From: a virus
Strand: one strand, 5' to 3'
DNA length: 64,000 nucleotides
Virus record (IMG/VR): IMGVR_UViG_3300045988_167906
Part shown: positions 29,284-39,815 of the stretch, piece after piece
Numbering within the stretch: position 1 is the first letter of the stretch
Layout of the letters: every line of letters begins with the position of its first letter
Notes under the pieces: generated by a model
The model's database searches: none
The model's input: the letters and a program-made list of their open reading frames with translations, nothing else
Told to the model about the DNA's origin: nothing
Made by a program: the position numbers and the translations under genes

Positions 29284-30860
29284 AAGTTTATTTAAAAGAC
29301 ATATGGCCGATGGACAAGAAAAGAACTTATAGTCCAGTTTATGATGCTAAGGTTTATGATAAAGAAGCTTGGGAAAAACTATTAGAAGATTTTAACGAGA
29401 ATGTTAAAGTAGGAACTTATAGCAAATTACCTTATGCTGATTGGAGAGTTCTTCATCTGATGGATGGAGATTACAAGGTAGTCTGGTTTGAAATTGATAA
29501 TGTATATCTGGCTCCTACGGTAGCTCATATTCAGGAATTTAAATATTTAAAAGATTCAGATAATTTTAGAATGGTAGGTACTGATAAGAAGTATGATACT
29601 TCTGAGGCTTATTCATTTGGTGCATATTTGGCTGATATGCTATTCTATGATTATTTTGATTGTATGGAAACTACTGGAAAGACAGATGATTATAGATTAT
29701 TTGGCTTGAATAATTTAGGAGCATATGGTTCAGAGGATAGTATCGGTTGGCGTGCTATTAATTGGGCACTTAATCCCGCGGTGGAGGGTACAACTGGTCA
29801 AGTGATTTTTAGTGATGTAAAAAAAGATATAAAGAAACTCAATTGCGAGTTTAATAAAACTACTGAAATTATTAATAATTGTTATAATAAAATTAACGAA
29901 AATACTGAATGGCTTAATAAAGTATATGAAGATGTAGATAGAGTAAAAAATACCGCATTTTCTGATACGGCAACTATTAATGTTAGCCCTATTGATCCAG
30001 CTAAACTGGATACTAAAGATGCAACAGCTTCTACTGCTTCTGTTAGTATAGATTGGGGATATCGTCCAACCGCTTCTACAGCTAGTTCTATTATTGGTGG
30101 AGGCGTTGCGGAAAATACTATTAAAATTGGCAATGATGGTTCATATGCAACAACTATTTCAATTGATAGTGGTTTAACTAGCCGTCTTGATACAATGGAA
30201 GAAAGAATTAATAAACTTGAAACAAACAATGATGATGTGAAAGGTAAAGGAAATAATATGAAGATGTTTAATTTTGATTTTGGTCCGATTAAGGATAATG
30301 ATGCTGTCCGTATGTCGCCGTATGGTCTGGCTGTTAAGAATGTTAATGGCACTTATCAGGCATATGATAAGAAGAACGGCGAAATTATGGATGTTGATAT
30401 TTTCAACTTTAAAGCTGATAATATGTTCTTCAAGATGCCTGTTGGTATTGACGCTATTGAAGCTGGCGATGTAATTATTTTCAACAGACGTCCGTGCTTT
30501 GTCTTTGGTTTCTCTGAGCAGGGTGATGTAATTGCAATTGATATTGCAATGGGTGAGAAGAAGACTATTATGCCGACACGTAGTCCTTTCGGTTTTAATT
30601 TCATTACGAAGGTTGTGTCTCTGGCTGATGGCATGCTTGGCGGTACTCCTTCTGCTGAAAATCCCTTCGGTAATATGTGGATGTTTGCAATGATGGATGA
30701 TAAGTCCTCTATGAAAGATATGCTGCCGATGATGATGCTGATGAATGGCAATGCCGGCGGCACAATGGACCCGATGATGCTGTACTTCATGATGAAGGAC
30801 GGCAAGGGTGATGATGAAAGTATGCTTCCTCTTCTTCTTATGATGAATATGAAGAAGTAA
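29280..30860 (+). CDS. large hypothetical protein with Met-rich C-terminus (possible virion protein)
   Basis: 526 aa, no TAG. Confidence 0.5.
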   Translation: MKVYLKDIWPMDKKRTYSPVYDAKVYDKEAWEKLLEDFNENVKVGTYSKLPYADWRVLHLMDGDYKVVWFEIDNVYLAPTVAHIQEFKYLKDSDNFRMVGTDKKYDTSEAYSFGAYLADMLFYDYFDCMETTGKTDDYRLFGLNNLGAYGSEDSIGWRAINWALNPAVEGTTGQVIFSDVKKDIKKLNCEFNKTTEIINNCYNKINENTEWLNKVYEDVDRVKNTAFSDTATINVSPIDPAKLDTKDATASTASVSIDWGYRPTASTASSIIGGGVAENTIKIGNDGSYATTISIDSGLTSRLDTMEERINKLETNNDDVKGKGNNMKMFNFDFGPIKDNDAVRMSPYGLAVKNVNGTYQAYDKKNGEIMDVDIFNFKADNMFFKMPVGIDAIEAGDVIIFNRRPCFVFGFSEQGDVIAIDIAMGEKKTIMPTRSPFGFNFITKVVSLADGMLGGTPSAENPFGNMWMFAMMDDKSSMKDMLPMMMLMNGNAGGTMDPMMLYFMMKDGKGDDESMLPLLLMMNMKK

Positions 30861-31006
30861 GGTTAGTATAGATATTTCTAAATATTTGCCAGTTTAGAAA
30901 ATCACTTCCTTTACGAAATAGACCTCGGTTATCCGGGGTCTATTTTATTTTTATAAAAAAATATAATAAAATATATATATAAATTAAAAGGAAAAGGTGA
31001 ATTAAA

Positions 31007-32671
31007 ATGACAGATTTGAGGACTCTTATTCCAGAAGAAGAAAAGAACCTGCTGCACGATTATATTAAAGAGTACCTTCATTCTGATAATTACTGTACAG
31101 TAGATGAAATTAATCATCTTCTGCGGTTTTGGGCTGTCGAAAAGCCCGACCTGTATAAGCTGTTGGGCAACAACCTGATGGTTAAAGACCATATTGCTTA
31201 TCAGGCATCTGAAGAGGATTTGATGGATAAGTTCAGTGAAATGTATGAAGAAATTTATAATAATCCTGAATTAGCAAACGTTAAAAAATTCATTGACTCT
31301 TACGAGCAGATTACTAATATTTATTATTCTTGGATGGATGCCACTCTTGATAAGGATGAACGTGTTAATTGTTGTAGCATGATTGAGCATTGCCTTGATA
31401 GTGAATCTCTCGTAGCCAATAAAAATGTGTATATGTTTGATTGGGGTCGCAAATCTGTTACTATTCGCCGTGGTCCGCATGCAGATACTTCAAAGCCGCT
31501 TGAACTGAAGAGTGATATGAAGTTGATGCGAATGATGGCTAAAATTGTCGATTGGTTTGAGCTGGACAAAGAAGCATTTGAACAGTTCCGTATTCTTCAT
31601 TCGCGTGTTTTGAATGATCGTATGATTAATGCTAATATTACATTGTCTATTCATCCGCTTGACTATCTTACTATGAGTGACAATGCTTGTGATTGGGAGA
31701 GCTGTATGAACTGGTATCAGGGTGGCGATTATCGTCTTGGTACTGTTGAAATGATGAACTCCCCTGTTATCCTTGAAGCATATGTTGAGTCTGAGCATCC
31801 TTATTGTCCTATTGATCGTGATAATAGAACTTGGAGCAATAAGCGTTGGCGGTGTCTTTATATTGTTAATAAGGATATTATCACTGAAATCAAACAGTAT
31901 CCTTATAATAACATTTATCTGCGTGACTATGTGCTGAATAAGATTAAGCAGTTGGCTGAACAGAATATGGGCTGGCATTATGATGATAAAATGTATGAGG
32001 TTTGGCAGAACCAGAATAATGATACTGATTTTGGTCAGGTTTATATCCGCATGAGGACCGGAGCTATGTATAATGATTATTATGATAATCATTATGCTTA
32101 TATCAATCCAGAAGTCAAAGAAGTAGAAGTTTGTTATTCTGGTGTAGCTGAATGTATGTGTTGCGGCAAAGGCTACGAAGCTGACCCGAGTGGAAATGTA
32201 GATGCATTTGTAGAATGTGATAAAGTCGTATGTGCAACCTGCGAAGGCAAAGTCCAGTGCGATGATTGCGGTGCTTGGATTGATAGTGAAGATGCTTGGT
32301 TTTGTAGTGAAGATGGTGCAACTTATTGTAGTTGGTGTGCAGAGGGCCGCACCCAGGTTTGTAGCTGCTGCGGAGAAACTAAATGGCTTGATTATGATTT
32401 CAAGAAGCAGGCTCTTCCATATATGTTTGAAGTAAAAACTCCTAATGGTAAGCATCGTCGAGATATTGGAAATCCGATTGATGTCTGTGATGATTGCTAT
32501 GAAGATTATTGTTTCGATGATGTACCAAAGGAACCAGACTTGTGGGGAGATTTTCAATATATTGATGTTGACAAGGTAGATAAGAAGGTATGGGAGCCAT
32601 TTCTGTCCCTTGAAAGAATTGCTGATGCCAAGGTGCGGCTAAAGGCAACTTACCCTGATGATTATGTTTAG
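31007..32671 (+). CDS. paralog family C member 1 (HPLDYLTMSDN...WESCMNW...YR.GT.EMMNSP core plus C-terminal multi-CxxC zinc-ribbon array)
   Basis: Paralogous to 38101-39744 and 42339-43664. Ends at a TAG, so the true end may be 32725. Confidence 0.55.
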   Translation: MTDLRTLIPEEEKNLLHDYIKEYLHSDNYCTVDEINHLLRFWAVEKPDLYKLLGNNLMVKDHIAYQASEEDLMDKFSEMYEEIYNNPELANVKKFIDSYEQITNIYYSWMDATLDKDERVNCCSMIEHCLDSESLVANKNVYMFDWGRKSVTIRRGPHADTSKPLELKSDMKLMRMMAKIVDWFELDKEAFEQFRILHSRVLNDRMINANITLSIHPLDYLTMSDNACDWESCMNWYQGGDYRLGTVEMMNSPVILEAYVESEHPYCPIDRDNRTWSNKRWRCLYIVNKDIITEIKQYPYNNIYLRDYVLNKIKQLAEQNMGWHYDDKMYEVWQNQNNDTDFGQVYIRMRTGAMYNDYYDNHYAYINPEVKEVEVCYSGVAECMCCGKGYEADPSGNVDAFVECDKVVCATCEGKVQCDDCGAWIDSEDAWFCSEDGATYCSWCAEGRTQVCSCCGETKWLDYDFKKQALPYMFEVKTPNGKHRRDIGNPIDVCDDCYEDYCFDDVPKEPDLWGDFQYIDVDKVDKKVWEPFLSLERIADAKVRLKATYPDDYV

Positions 32672-32750
32672 TTTAAATTCTTGCCAAAATTGAATACTCG
32701 AAAATTTATAAAAAATTTGATATAATATATATAGAAAGGATGGGAGAGAT

Positions 32751-33194
32751 ATGGAACGCATTTATAAATTGACTTATGGTTCTGACTATGAAGAACAGAA
32801 ACTTGGTTATCTTACAGAAGATAAGCTGAATGATTATCTTGAAGAGTTGTTTCATTCAACTCTGATGAAAGATAGTATTCATAGTCATTTTGAAACTCTC
32901 CGAGCAGAAAAGATTAGATATGCAACCAAGCGTTATAATGCTATTCAGGATATGAATAAATATCTTCCCATCCTTCAGGAAGGCAAAGCAAGTCCTGAAT
33001 ATAGGAATGCCAAGAAAGAATATAAGAAATATGAACGCATTATCATTGATTGTAAATGGCAAATGAAGAAAGCGGATATGCTGCTTGAGGAATGCAAGAA
33101 ATGGACGGCAGTTGATTGGCTTCATTGGGCTGATTATAATTGGGAGCCGATTGAACTTAATGTAATCAGACAAGTTAATGAGGAGGATTGCTAA
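32751..33194 (+). CDS. hypothetical protein, tandem paralog of the next gene
   Basis: Shared YK(L/V)...YLTEDKL..YL...NWEPI pattern. Confidence 0.45.
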   Translation: MERIYKLTYGSDYEEQKLGYLTEDKLNDYLEELFHSTLMKDSIHSHFETLRAEKIRYATKRYNAIQDMNKYLPILQEGKASPEYRNAKKEYKKYERIIIDCKWQMKKADMLLEECKKWTAVDWLHWADYNWEPIELNVIRQVNEEDC

Positions 33195-33652
33195 TGACAA
33201 TTTATAAGGTAAGCCGCGGCAATGCTTGGGATGAATATGACATTGCTTATCTTACAGAAGATAAGTTGGAAGAATATCTCAATGCTGTTTACAATAGCTC
33301 TTGGATGGAACAGCATAAGCATAATCATCTTGATGGTATCAATGAGACAGAGAAAGATTACAAAGAAAGTTTTGATAGATATATTCAAAGCTGTAATTTC
33401 TATCTTCATGCTCCAAAACATGGACAGTTAAGTAAAGAAGCTTCTAAAAATAATTTCAATCAGTGTGAACGAAAAATTATAGAAACACGCAATAGACTTC
33501 AGCAAATCCAAGAGATTAAAGAAGAAGTAGTCAATTGGAGCAAGGAAGATTGGCTGCATCACGCACATTATAATTGGGAACCTATCCGAATTAATGATAT
33601 GGAAAATCTTGAAAGACCTGATGATGACAGAACAAGTGAGGATTGGATGTAA
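33188..33652 (+). CDS. hypothetical protein, tandem paralog of the previous gene
   Basis: As for 32751-33194. Confidence 0.45.
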   Translation: MLMTIYKVSRGNAWDEYDIAYLTEDKLEEYLNAVYNSSWMEQHKHNHLDGINETEKDYKESFDRYIQSCNFYLHAPKHGQLSKEASKNNFNQCERKIIETRNRLQQIQEIKEEVVNWSKEDWLHHAHYNWEPIRINDMENLERPDDDRTSEDWM

Positions 33653-33885
33653 TGGAAAAGAAAAAGATTGTAATTAAAGTTTTGAGTGAGTGCGGTACTC
33701 TGACCGCAAAACAGATTTCTGCATTTGCTAAACGTAAGTATGATTTTGACATTACACCACAGGGTGCCTCGGGTGTAATGCGTGGTCTCATTGGTCAAGG
33801 CTTGGCTGGTAGTTCTAAGGATGAAAATAACCATACAAGATATTGGCTTAATACTTGCTCTTGGAAGGATATGTCAGATGTTTAA
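33643..33885 (+). CDS. hypothetical protein
   Basis: Overlap. Confidence 0.4.
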   Translation: MDVMEKKKIVIKVLSECGTLTAKQISAFAKRKYDFDITPQGASGVMRGLIGQGLAGSSKDENNHTRYWLNTCSWKDMSDV

Positions 33886-34108
33886 AAAATGTATTGTAAC
33901 TATTCTATTAGTTGTAACTGTTGGATTACTTCTTATTTCGTCTTGGAAATATACTTCTAATAAAATTCGTATTTTTCCTAATACCTTTGGTTCTCAGGGT
34001 GTTGAAATTCAGAAACGTGATGGTTATAAAATTAATACAATGCATCCTTATGAAATGATTGAAACAGAAGATGGATATGATTTAATTATTCATTTTATTA
34101 AGGAGTAA
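33878..34108 (+). CDS. membrane-anchored small protein
   Basis: N-terminal TM. Confidence 0.4.
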   Translation: MFKKCIVTILLVVTVGLLLISSWKYTSNKIRIFPNTFGSQGVEIQKRDGYKINTMHPYEMIETEDGYDLIIHFIKE

Positions 34109-34109
34109 T

Positions 34110-34280
34110 ATGGCTGAATGTAAATATTTTAGTTATGAAGATACGACTCCTTGGCACGGTGATGTGTTTGATCATCCTGATTATAAGTATTATTGTTTAA
34201 AGAATGAAAAGAAAAAAGAAATTTTTTCTTGGACTTGTTCAAAATGCCCTTATTATAAGGAGAAGAAAAATGATTCATAA
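34110..34280 (+). CDS. small Cys-rich protein (56 aa)
   Basis: RBS AGGAG. Confidence 0.35.
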   Translation: MAECKYFSYEDTTPWHGDVFDHPDYKYYCLKNEKKKEIFSWTCSKCPYYKEKKNDS

Positions 34281-34542
34281 AATGATTGCATGCTCAGAAG
34301 AATGTCTCCGCTTGGCCTGTTGTAATGTTTGTAAATATGTTATTCTAGATTATTTTTTTGAGAAAGATAAAGATGGAAATATGCAGATTGTAAATGGTGG
34401 ACCATATGGTTGTTCTCTCCATAAAGATAGTGACCATCAAATGATTGCTGAAAGTTATGGCTATTGTCCAGATTTCCATTGCAGAAATGCTACTGAGGAA
34501 AATGAATACAAATGGGTTGTAAAGGAGACTATTGATGACTGA
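34270..34542 (+). CDS. Cys-rich hypothetical protein
   Basis: In frame with listed ORF 34204. Confidence 0.4.
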   Translation: MIHKMIACSEECLRLACCNVCKYVILDYFFEKDKDGNMQIVNGGPYGCSLHKDSDHQMIAESYGYCPDFHCRNATEENEYKWVVKETIDD

Positions 34543-34783
34543 ATATAAATGTAAAGTATATCTGGTTCCGCCGCAGATAGGTTGGCATGGATTTAGTCTA
34601 GTTGCTGCCCTTGATGCTGAATATGCTAATCAAATTATTCGGAAAGCCGCTGGAGAGAGTAGATATTATTGGGGCTATTCACACGTGCGAGAGTATGATG
34701 CTATTGATAATGTTTATTCTGATACTATTGGATTTGTATATGAAGGGATTTTTGAAGACGATGAATATAGCAGAATTGATTAA
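34532..34783 (+). CDS. hypothetical protein
   Basis: Overlap. Confidence 0.4.
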   Translation: MMTEYKCKVYLVPPQIGWHGFSLVAALDAEYANQIIRKAAGESRYYWGYSHVREYDAIDNVYSDTIGFVYEGIFEDDEYSRID

Positions 34784-35000
34784 ACTGGTTGAAAAAACTG
34801 ATTGGAATAAATATCAGAAAGAAGATATTCTTGATTCGGTTAAAGAGCATCCTGAACTTCTGGATATGACACCTGTTCAGCTTCGTACCAGAGCCAGAGA
34901 TTTGGATTGGGATGCTGATGGATATATGAATAAGGTTAATAGCCTTGAAAATGAAGCGGCTTTGACCAGAGATTTAATTGAAATTATGTATGGAGAGTGA
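34761..35000 (+). CDS. hypothetical protein
   Basis: ATG 34761. Confidence 0.4.
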   Translation: MNIAELIKLVEKTDWNKYQKEDILDSVKEHPELLDMTPVQLRTRARDLDWDADGYMNKVNSLENEAALTRDLIEIMYGE

Positions 35001-35005
35001 TAATT

Positions 35006-35812
35006 ATGAATTACCATTCAGATAAATGGGTTATGGATAAGGTAGAAACTCATTTAGAAGCAGCTAATATTAGAAGCGAAAATTGGGTTAGTTTAATGGC
35101 TTATGGTAGCCAGAATTATGGTCTTGATACTCAAAATTCTGATGTAGATACCCGCCTTATTGTTCTTCCTTCATTTGAAGATATTGTATTGAATAAGAAG
35201 CCGGTATCTTATACCAAGATTCTTTCTAATGATGAACACATTGATTTTAAAGATATTCGTTTGTTCATTGATTGTTTGAAGAAACAGAATATGGCTTATC
35301 TTGAATGTATCTTCACGCCTTATAAAATGGCATCAAGTACGTATTGGAATGAGTGGCAGGCACTGCTTAATGAGCGTGAAGCTATTGCACGCTATAATCC
35401 TTACAAGGCAGTTAAGACAATGAAGGGTATTGCTATGGAAAAATACCATGCAATGGAACATAGATATCCTACTAAGGCCCATCTGATTGATACATATGGT
35501 TATGATAGCAAGCAGCTTATGCATCTGCTTCGTATTGAAAGATACCTTGGACGTTATATTGATGGTGTTAAATATGCAGATTGTCTTCAAGCCCCAATGG
35601 GTGATTATCTTCTTGATGTAAAAAATTATCATTATAATCTTGAAACTGCACGAATTGTAGCCAATACTGCTATTAGTAATATTACAAGAGTAGCTGATGA
35701 TTATTGTTCTAAGACCAAGGATGAAGGTAATGAAGAGCTTGAAGATTTTATGAATAAGATTGTTTATCTTATTATGAAAAAAAGAATTGTAAAGGAAATG
35801 TTAAATGTCTGA
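35006..35812 (+). CDS. nucleotidyltransferase (Pol-beta superfamily minimal NTase fold)
   Basis: YGSQNYGLDTQNSDVDTRL matches the G[GS]-x9-13-D-x-D motif. Confidence 0.5.
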   Translation: MNYHSDKWVMDKVETHLEAANIRSENWVSLMAYGSQNYGLDTQNSDVDTRLIVLPSFEDIVLNKKPVSYTKILSNDEHIDFKDIRLFIDCLKKQNMAYLECIFTPYKMASSTYWNEWQALLNEREAIARYNPYKAVKTMKGIAMEKYHAMEHRYPTKAHLIDTYGYDSKQLMHLLRIERYLGRYIDGVKYADCLQAPMGDYLLDVKNYHYNLETARIVANTAISNITRVADDYCSKTKDEGNEELEDFMNKIVYLIMKKRIVKEMLNV

Positions 35813-35996
35813 AGATAATATGACTATTGAAATTGATAGTCGAGATATTGAAGAAATTGAAAATAATTTTGATGATCTTGGTAAATGGCTGACTGAACAT
35901 TTTACCAGATTTGGTGCTCAAGCTGTTGTGCTTAGTGCAGTTATAGAAAAAGTAGAAGAATTAAAGGAAGAGTTGGCTAAAGAAGAAAATACGTAA
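35805..35996 (+). CDS. hypothetical acidic protein
   Basis: Overlap. Confidence 0.4.
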   Translation: MSEDNMTIEIDSRDIEEIENNFDDLGKWLTEHFTRFGAQAVVLSAVIEKVEELKEELAKEENT

Positions 35997-36009
35997 GGAG
36001 GGAACTTCA

Positions 36010-36789
36010 ATGTTCAAGGACTGGGTTGTCCGAGGCGATTGTCATGGCGATTTTACATGGCTTAACGCAAGAATGTTTAGAATTTTAAATCCAAAAGACT
36101 ACGCAATTATTATCCTTGGTGACGTAGGTTTCAATAGTGGCAATACATTCCGGGATGATATGAAGAAAAAGTATGCAAGCCAGTTTGGATATTCTATCTA
36201 TTGCGTGCGTGGTAACCATGAGGTACGTCCTGAGAATGTTGAAGGTATGGAACGCATTTGGGATAGTAATGTTCAAGCTAACGTATGGTATGAGCCGGCC
36301 TACCCTTTGATTAAATATTTTGATAATTATGGGGTTTATTATCTTAAAACAGAAGATAGAGAATATCGCACGTTGGTCATCTGCGGGGCTTACTCTGTTG
36401 ATAAATATTACCGTCTTAAAAATAATCTGCTCTGGTGGGAAGATGAGCAGTTGACTGATGCAGAGAAGTCAGAAGTAGAGAGACTTATTCGGCAGACTAA
36501 CAAGCATTTTGACCTTGTGCTCTCGCACACTTGCCCTTATTCTCTTAGGCCAGTTGATAAATTTCTTTCAGTAGTAGACCAATCTACTGTAGATACATCT
36601 ATGGAAGAGTGGCTTGAAACTATTAAGAATATGATTACATATGATGTATGGCTTAGTGGGCATTATCATGTTGACCGATTTATCAATAAGCATAATATTC
36701 TCTATTTTAATTGCATTGACTCATTAGAGGATATTTTTCTCTGGCATGATAAAATGGATGATACTGTAAATAACATTGACCGCATCTAA
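36010..36789 (+). CDS. calcineurin-like metallophosphoesterase (lambda-phosphatase family)
   Basis: GDCHGD, GDVGFN and RGNHE motifs. Confidence 0.65.
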   Translation: MFKDWVVRGDCHGDFTWLNARMFRILNPKDYAIIILGDVGFNSGNTFRDDMKKKYASQFGYSIYCVRGNHEVRPENVEGMERIWDSNVQANVWYEPAYPLIKYFDNYGVYYLKTEDREYRTLVICGAYSVDKYYRLKNNLLWWEDEQLTDAEKSEVERLIRQTNKHFDLVLSHTCPYSLRPVDKFLSVVDQSTVDTSMEEWLETIKNMITYDVWLSGHYHVDRFINKHNILYFNCIDSLEDIFLWHDKMDDTVNNIDRI

Positions 36790-36882
36790 ACGGTCAATTC
36801 TTTTTAGCTATTAAATTTGACTTTTCATATAAAATATAGTATTATTTACTAGCTATTTATTTTATATTAAAGGAGAATTAAT

Positions 36883-37470
36883 ATGCGAAAATTCTTAAAT
36901 GTCATTCTTGTAATCGCTATGGTTGCTTTAATGATGATGCCAGTAAATGCTTTTAACGTAATAAGTTATAGTGTTGATGGCGGAAGCAGGTCAGAAATCG
37001 AATACGGTCCTACAGAATATTGTAATTGCGGAATCGACCATACTAATAAACCCTTTGAATGGTGGACTGATATTACATCTACTGATAGTCCTCAATGGGA
37101 TTTAATTCATAATTATTTAACTATTTAGGAGAACGGCACATTAGCTACTGATGATGGCTATACTGCTTGTGCTCTTGGAAGGTACTTCGGTAAGATTGGT
37201 TCAAAATGGATTTTTATTTGTGAAGATGGTTCAGAAATTAAGGTAGTTAAAGCTGATGAAAAGCAAGACCGCCATACAAAAAATTGGGATTTAATTCACG
37301 GTATTATTTGTGATGAATTAATTGAGCTTGTTGTAGATAGTAAGATTAGTCAAACTTGCCCAACTGGCAATTTCAAAGACCTTGAAGGTTTTGAAGGTAA
37401 TATAATTGGGTGGAAAGAAGTTCTTAATAATGAATTACCTGATTTGTTAAAAGGAACAATTTATAAATAA
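36883..37470 (+). CDS. secreted hypothetical protein (signal peptide) extended through an in-frame TAG at 37126
   Basis: N-terminal MRKFLNVILVIAMVALMMMPVNA. The frame stays open through TAG until TAA 37468. The motif WDLIH recurs before and after the TAG. Confidence 0.5.
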
Positions 37471-37496
37471 AATAATATTAAATGAGGTAATATAAA

Positions 37497-37997
37497 ATGA
37501 GCGTAGTTGCCGCAAAGGTATATGATAATAATATTCAAATGTCTGCGGACAGTATTTTAACTAATGGATGGGAAAAAGACCCTAACACTAACTTTACTAA
37601 AATTATTTCTTTAAATGATATGATTGTCGGTAGCGTTGGTAATGCGGATGAATGTAGTCTTATGTGGCTGTATATGGAAAATCATCAACCACTTAATGCT
37701 ACAGAAAGAGAAATTCTTAATTATTTTACTGAATTTGGTAAATGGAAAGGCGAGATTTCTAATACTCGTGAGATTAGGAATAGTTATTTAATGGCTTTTG
37801 GAGGTCATCTTTTTCAGATTTGTGGATACTTAGTTAGAGAAATTAAAGATTATTATGCTATCGGTGCTGGCGCTCCTTATGCTTTGACAGCACTTCATCT
37901 TGGACATGATTCAGAAGAAGCTGTTAAAGTTTCTTGTGCTATGTGTTGCTTCGTTTGTGAACCTATTGTGACATATAATCAGAAAAAAGATAATTAA
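37497..37997 (+). CDS. HslV / proteasome-beta-like Ntn-hydrolase peptidase
   Basis: ...AIGAGAPYALTALHLG matches HslV IAIGSGGPYAQAAARAL, and the N-terminal small-residue nucleophile region matches too. Confidence 0.45.
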   Translation: MSVVAAKVYDNNIQMSADSILTNGWEKDPNTNFTKIISLNDMIVGSVGNADECSLMWLYMENHQPLNATEREILNYFTEFGKWKGEISNTREIRNSYLMAFGGHLFQICGYLVREIKDYYAIGAGAPYALTALHLGHDSEEAVKVSCAMCCFVCEPIVTYNQKKDN

Positions 37998-38100
37998 ACA
38001 TAGATAAAAAGGGATAAAGATTTGATTCTTTATCCCTTTTTTATTTTTATAAAAAAATATTATAAAATATTTATAGAAAAAATAAAGGGAGTAAATAATC

Positions 38101-39744
38101 ATGACACCTTATGAAGCATTGACTGCACAAGATAAGGAATATATTACTGAATATATTGAAACATGGGGTGGCGTTAATTCCCCAATTAAACTCAAAGCAT
38201 CTCTTGATTATATCCTTCGAGAATGGAATAAGAGTAAACAAACTCTATTTAATATTTTTGGCGAAAAGTTAATGTTGGAGAAGGAAATCCAGGTTGAAGA
38301 TGGAGATAACAAAAAAGTAAGAGAAGTTAATGAGTATCTCTATAGCACTAATCCTGGTATCAATTTTATTACAAATCTTTGTAGATTATTTGAATCTGAT
38401 ACTACTTATTTTGAAAATACTTATGCAACAAGGCATGCGATATATAATTTAACTCAAGCTTATCAACTTTTTACTAATAGAGTTGTTAAAGGATTTACTT
38501 ATCACAATAAAGATGGTAAAGTAGTTAAAGTTCCAGAAGGAGCTAAGGTAATGAAAGTTCTTCAGAAAATGGCTAAAGAATTTGATTTGCCTGATTTTGA
38601 AATTTTTCGCAATCATGTTTCACGTATTACTGAAGTACGTAAATCTAAAATTAAATTTACTTTATCTATTCATCCCTTGGATTATATGACTATGAGCGAT
38701 AATATAAATGGTTGGGAAAGTTGTATGAACTGGACTCAAGGGCCAGGCTCTTACCGTGCAGGCACTATTGAAATGATGAATAGTCCATTAGTTGTTGTAG
38801 CATATATTACTACTAAACCTTATTATCCAGCAAATACTTCAATTGAGTGGACTTCCAAAAGTTGGAGAGAATTGATTATTGTTCATCCAAAAGCTATTTG
38901 TTCTGTAAAATCTTATCCTTATTACAATATTGCATTTGATAAAGCTCTTGTTAATTGGCTTGCTAATTTGGTTGAAGAAAAAACTGAATGGCGTTATAAC
39001 AGAAAAAAGCCACAAGAAAGTTTAGATAGTTGTTCCTATATCGAAGCTTGGCAAGATAAAGAAGATAAGGATAATCGTTTCCTGTTGGATTTTGAAACAA
39101 ATGAAATGTATAATGATTTTGGTAATACAGAAAATTATGGAATTTTTTCAATTAATCCACCAGACAATAAATATCGTACATTCGCAATTAATTATTCTGG
39201 TTTAATGACTTGTATGTGTTGTGGCGAAAATGGTTATTGGTCTGATGACACTGAAATGGTGGTTTGTGAAGATTGTGATCCACCCACTTATTGTTATTGC
39301 TGTGGTGAACGAGTTAACGTAAATGATGCAATTGAAGTAGATGGTGAATGGATTTGTGAAGATTGTTATCATGATTTACATAGATGCTTATGTTGCGAGG
39401 ACGTTCATTTTGATGAAGATTTCACTCCCGTATTCATTGGACATATTGACAATCAAACTATTAATATTGATTATGATGAGCATTATATTTGTAATGAATG
39501 TCTTGCCAATAAAGAATATTTAAAGTATCTAGGAGATACTGATATTAGAGCTGAAACAATTCGATTGGATGGCGGTCCTTATTATGGTATGGTGGCTCTC
39601 TTAATTGAAGAAGATGATTTAAATGTAGAGGCTAAAAAGATAATTTCTAATGATCCTTATTCTACTATAATTACTGATTATACTTATGCTATTCGTCGTT
39701 ATCCTGAGCGTTTTTATAGTTACAATAAGTCAATTGCGATTTAA
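38101..39744 (+). CDS. paralog family C member 2
   Basis: SIHPLDYMTMSDN...WESCMNWTQG...YRAGTIEMMNSP plus CMCCGENGY...CEDCD zinc ribbons. Confidence 0.55.
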   Translation: MTPYEALTAQDKEYITEYIETWGGVNSPIKLKASLDYILREWNKSKQTLFNIFGEKLMLEKEIQVEDGDNKKVREVNEYLYSTNPGINFITNLCRLFESDTTYFENTYATRHAIYNLTQAYQLFTNRVVKGFTYHNKDGKVVKVPEGAKVMKVLQKMAKEFDLPDFEIFRNHVSRITEVRKSKIKFTLSIHPLDYMTMSDNINGWESCMNWTQGPGSYRAGTIEMMNSPLVVVAYITTKPYYPANTSIEWTSKSWRELIIVHPKAICSVKSYPYYNIAFDKALVNWLANLVEEKTEWRYNRKKPQESLDSCSYIEAWQDKEDKDNRFLLDFETNEMYNDFGNTENYGIFSINPPDNKYRTFAINYSGLMTCMCCGENGYWSDDTEMVVCEDCDPPTYCYCCGERVNVNDAIEVDGEWICEDCYHDLHRCLCCEDVHFDEDFTPVFIGHIDNQTINIDYDEHYICNECLANKEYLKYLGDTDIRAETIRLDGGPYYGMVALLIEEDDLNVEAKKIISNDPYSTIITDYTYAIRRYPERFYSYNKSIAI

Positions 39745-39815
39745 TTGAAATTTTTAAAATAAAATAATATAATATATACATAAAATAAAGGAAAAATAAA
39801 AGGAGTTATTAAATT

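Noticed and set aside
31490-32557. 355-aa minus-strand ORF antisense to paralog C1
   Set aside because: Low-complexity Ile/Asn/Phe-rich translation of AT-rich antisense DNA. The sense gene has strong homology to two paralogs.
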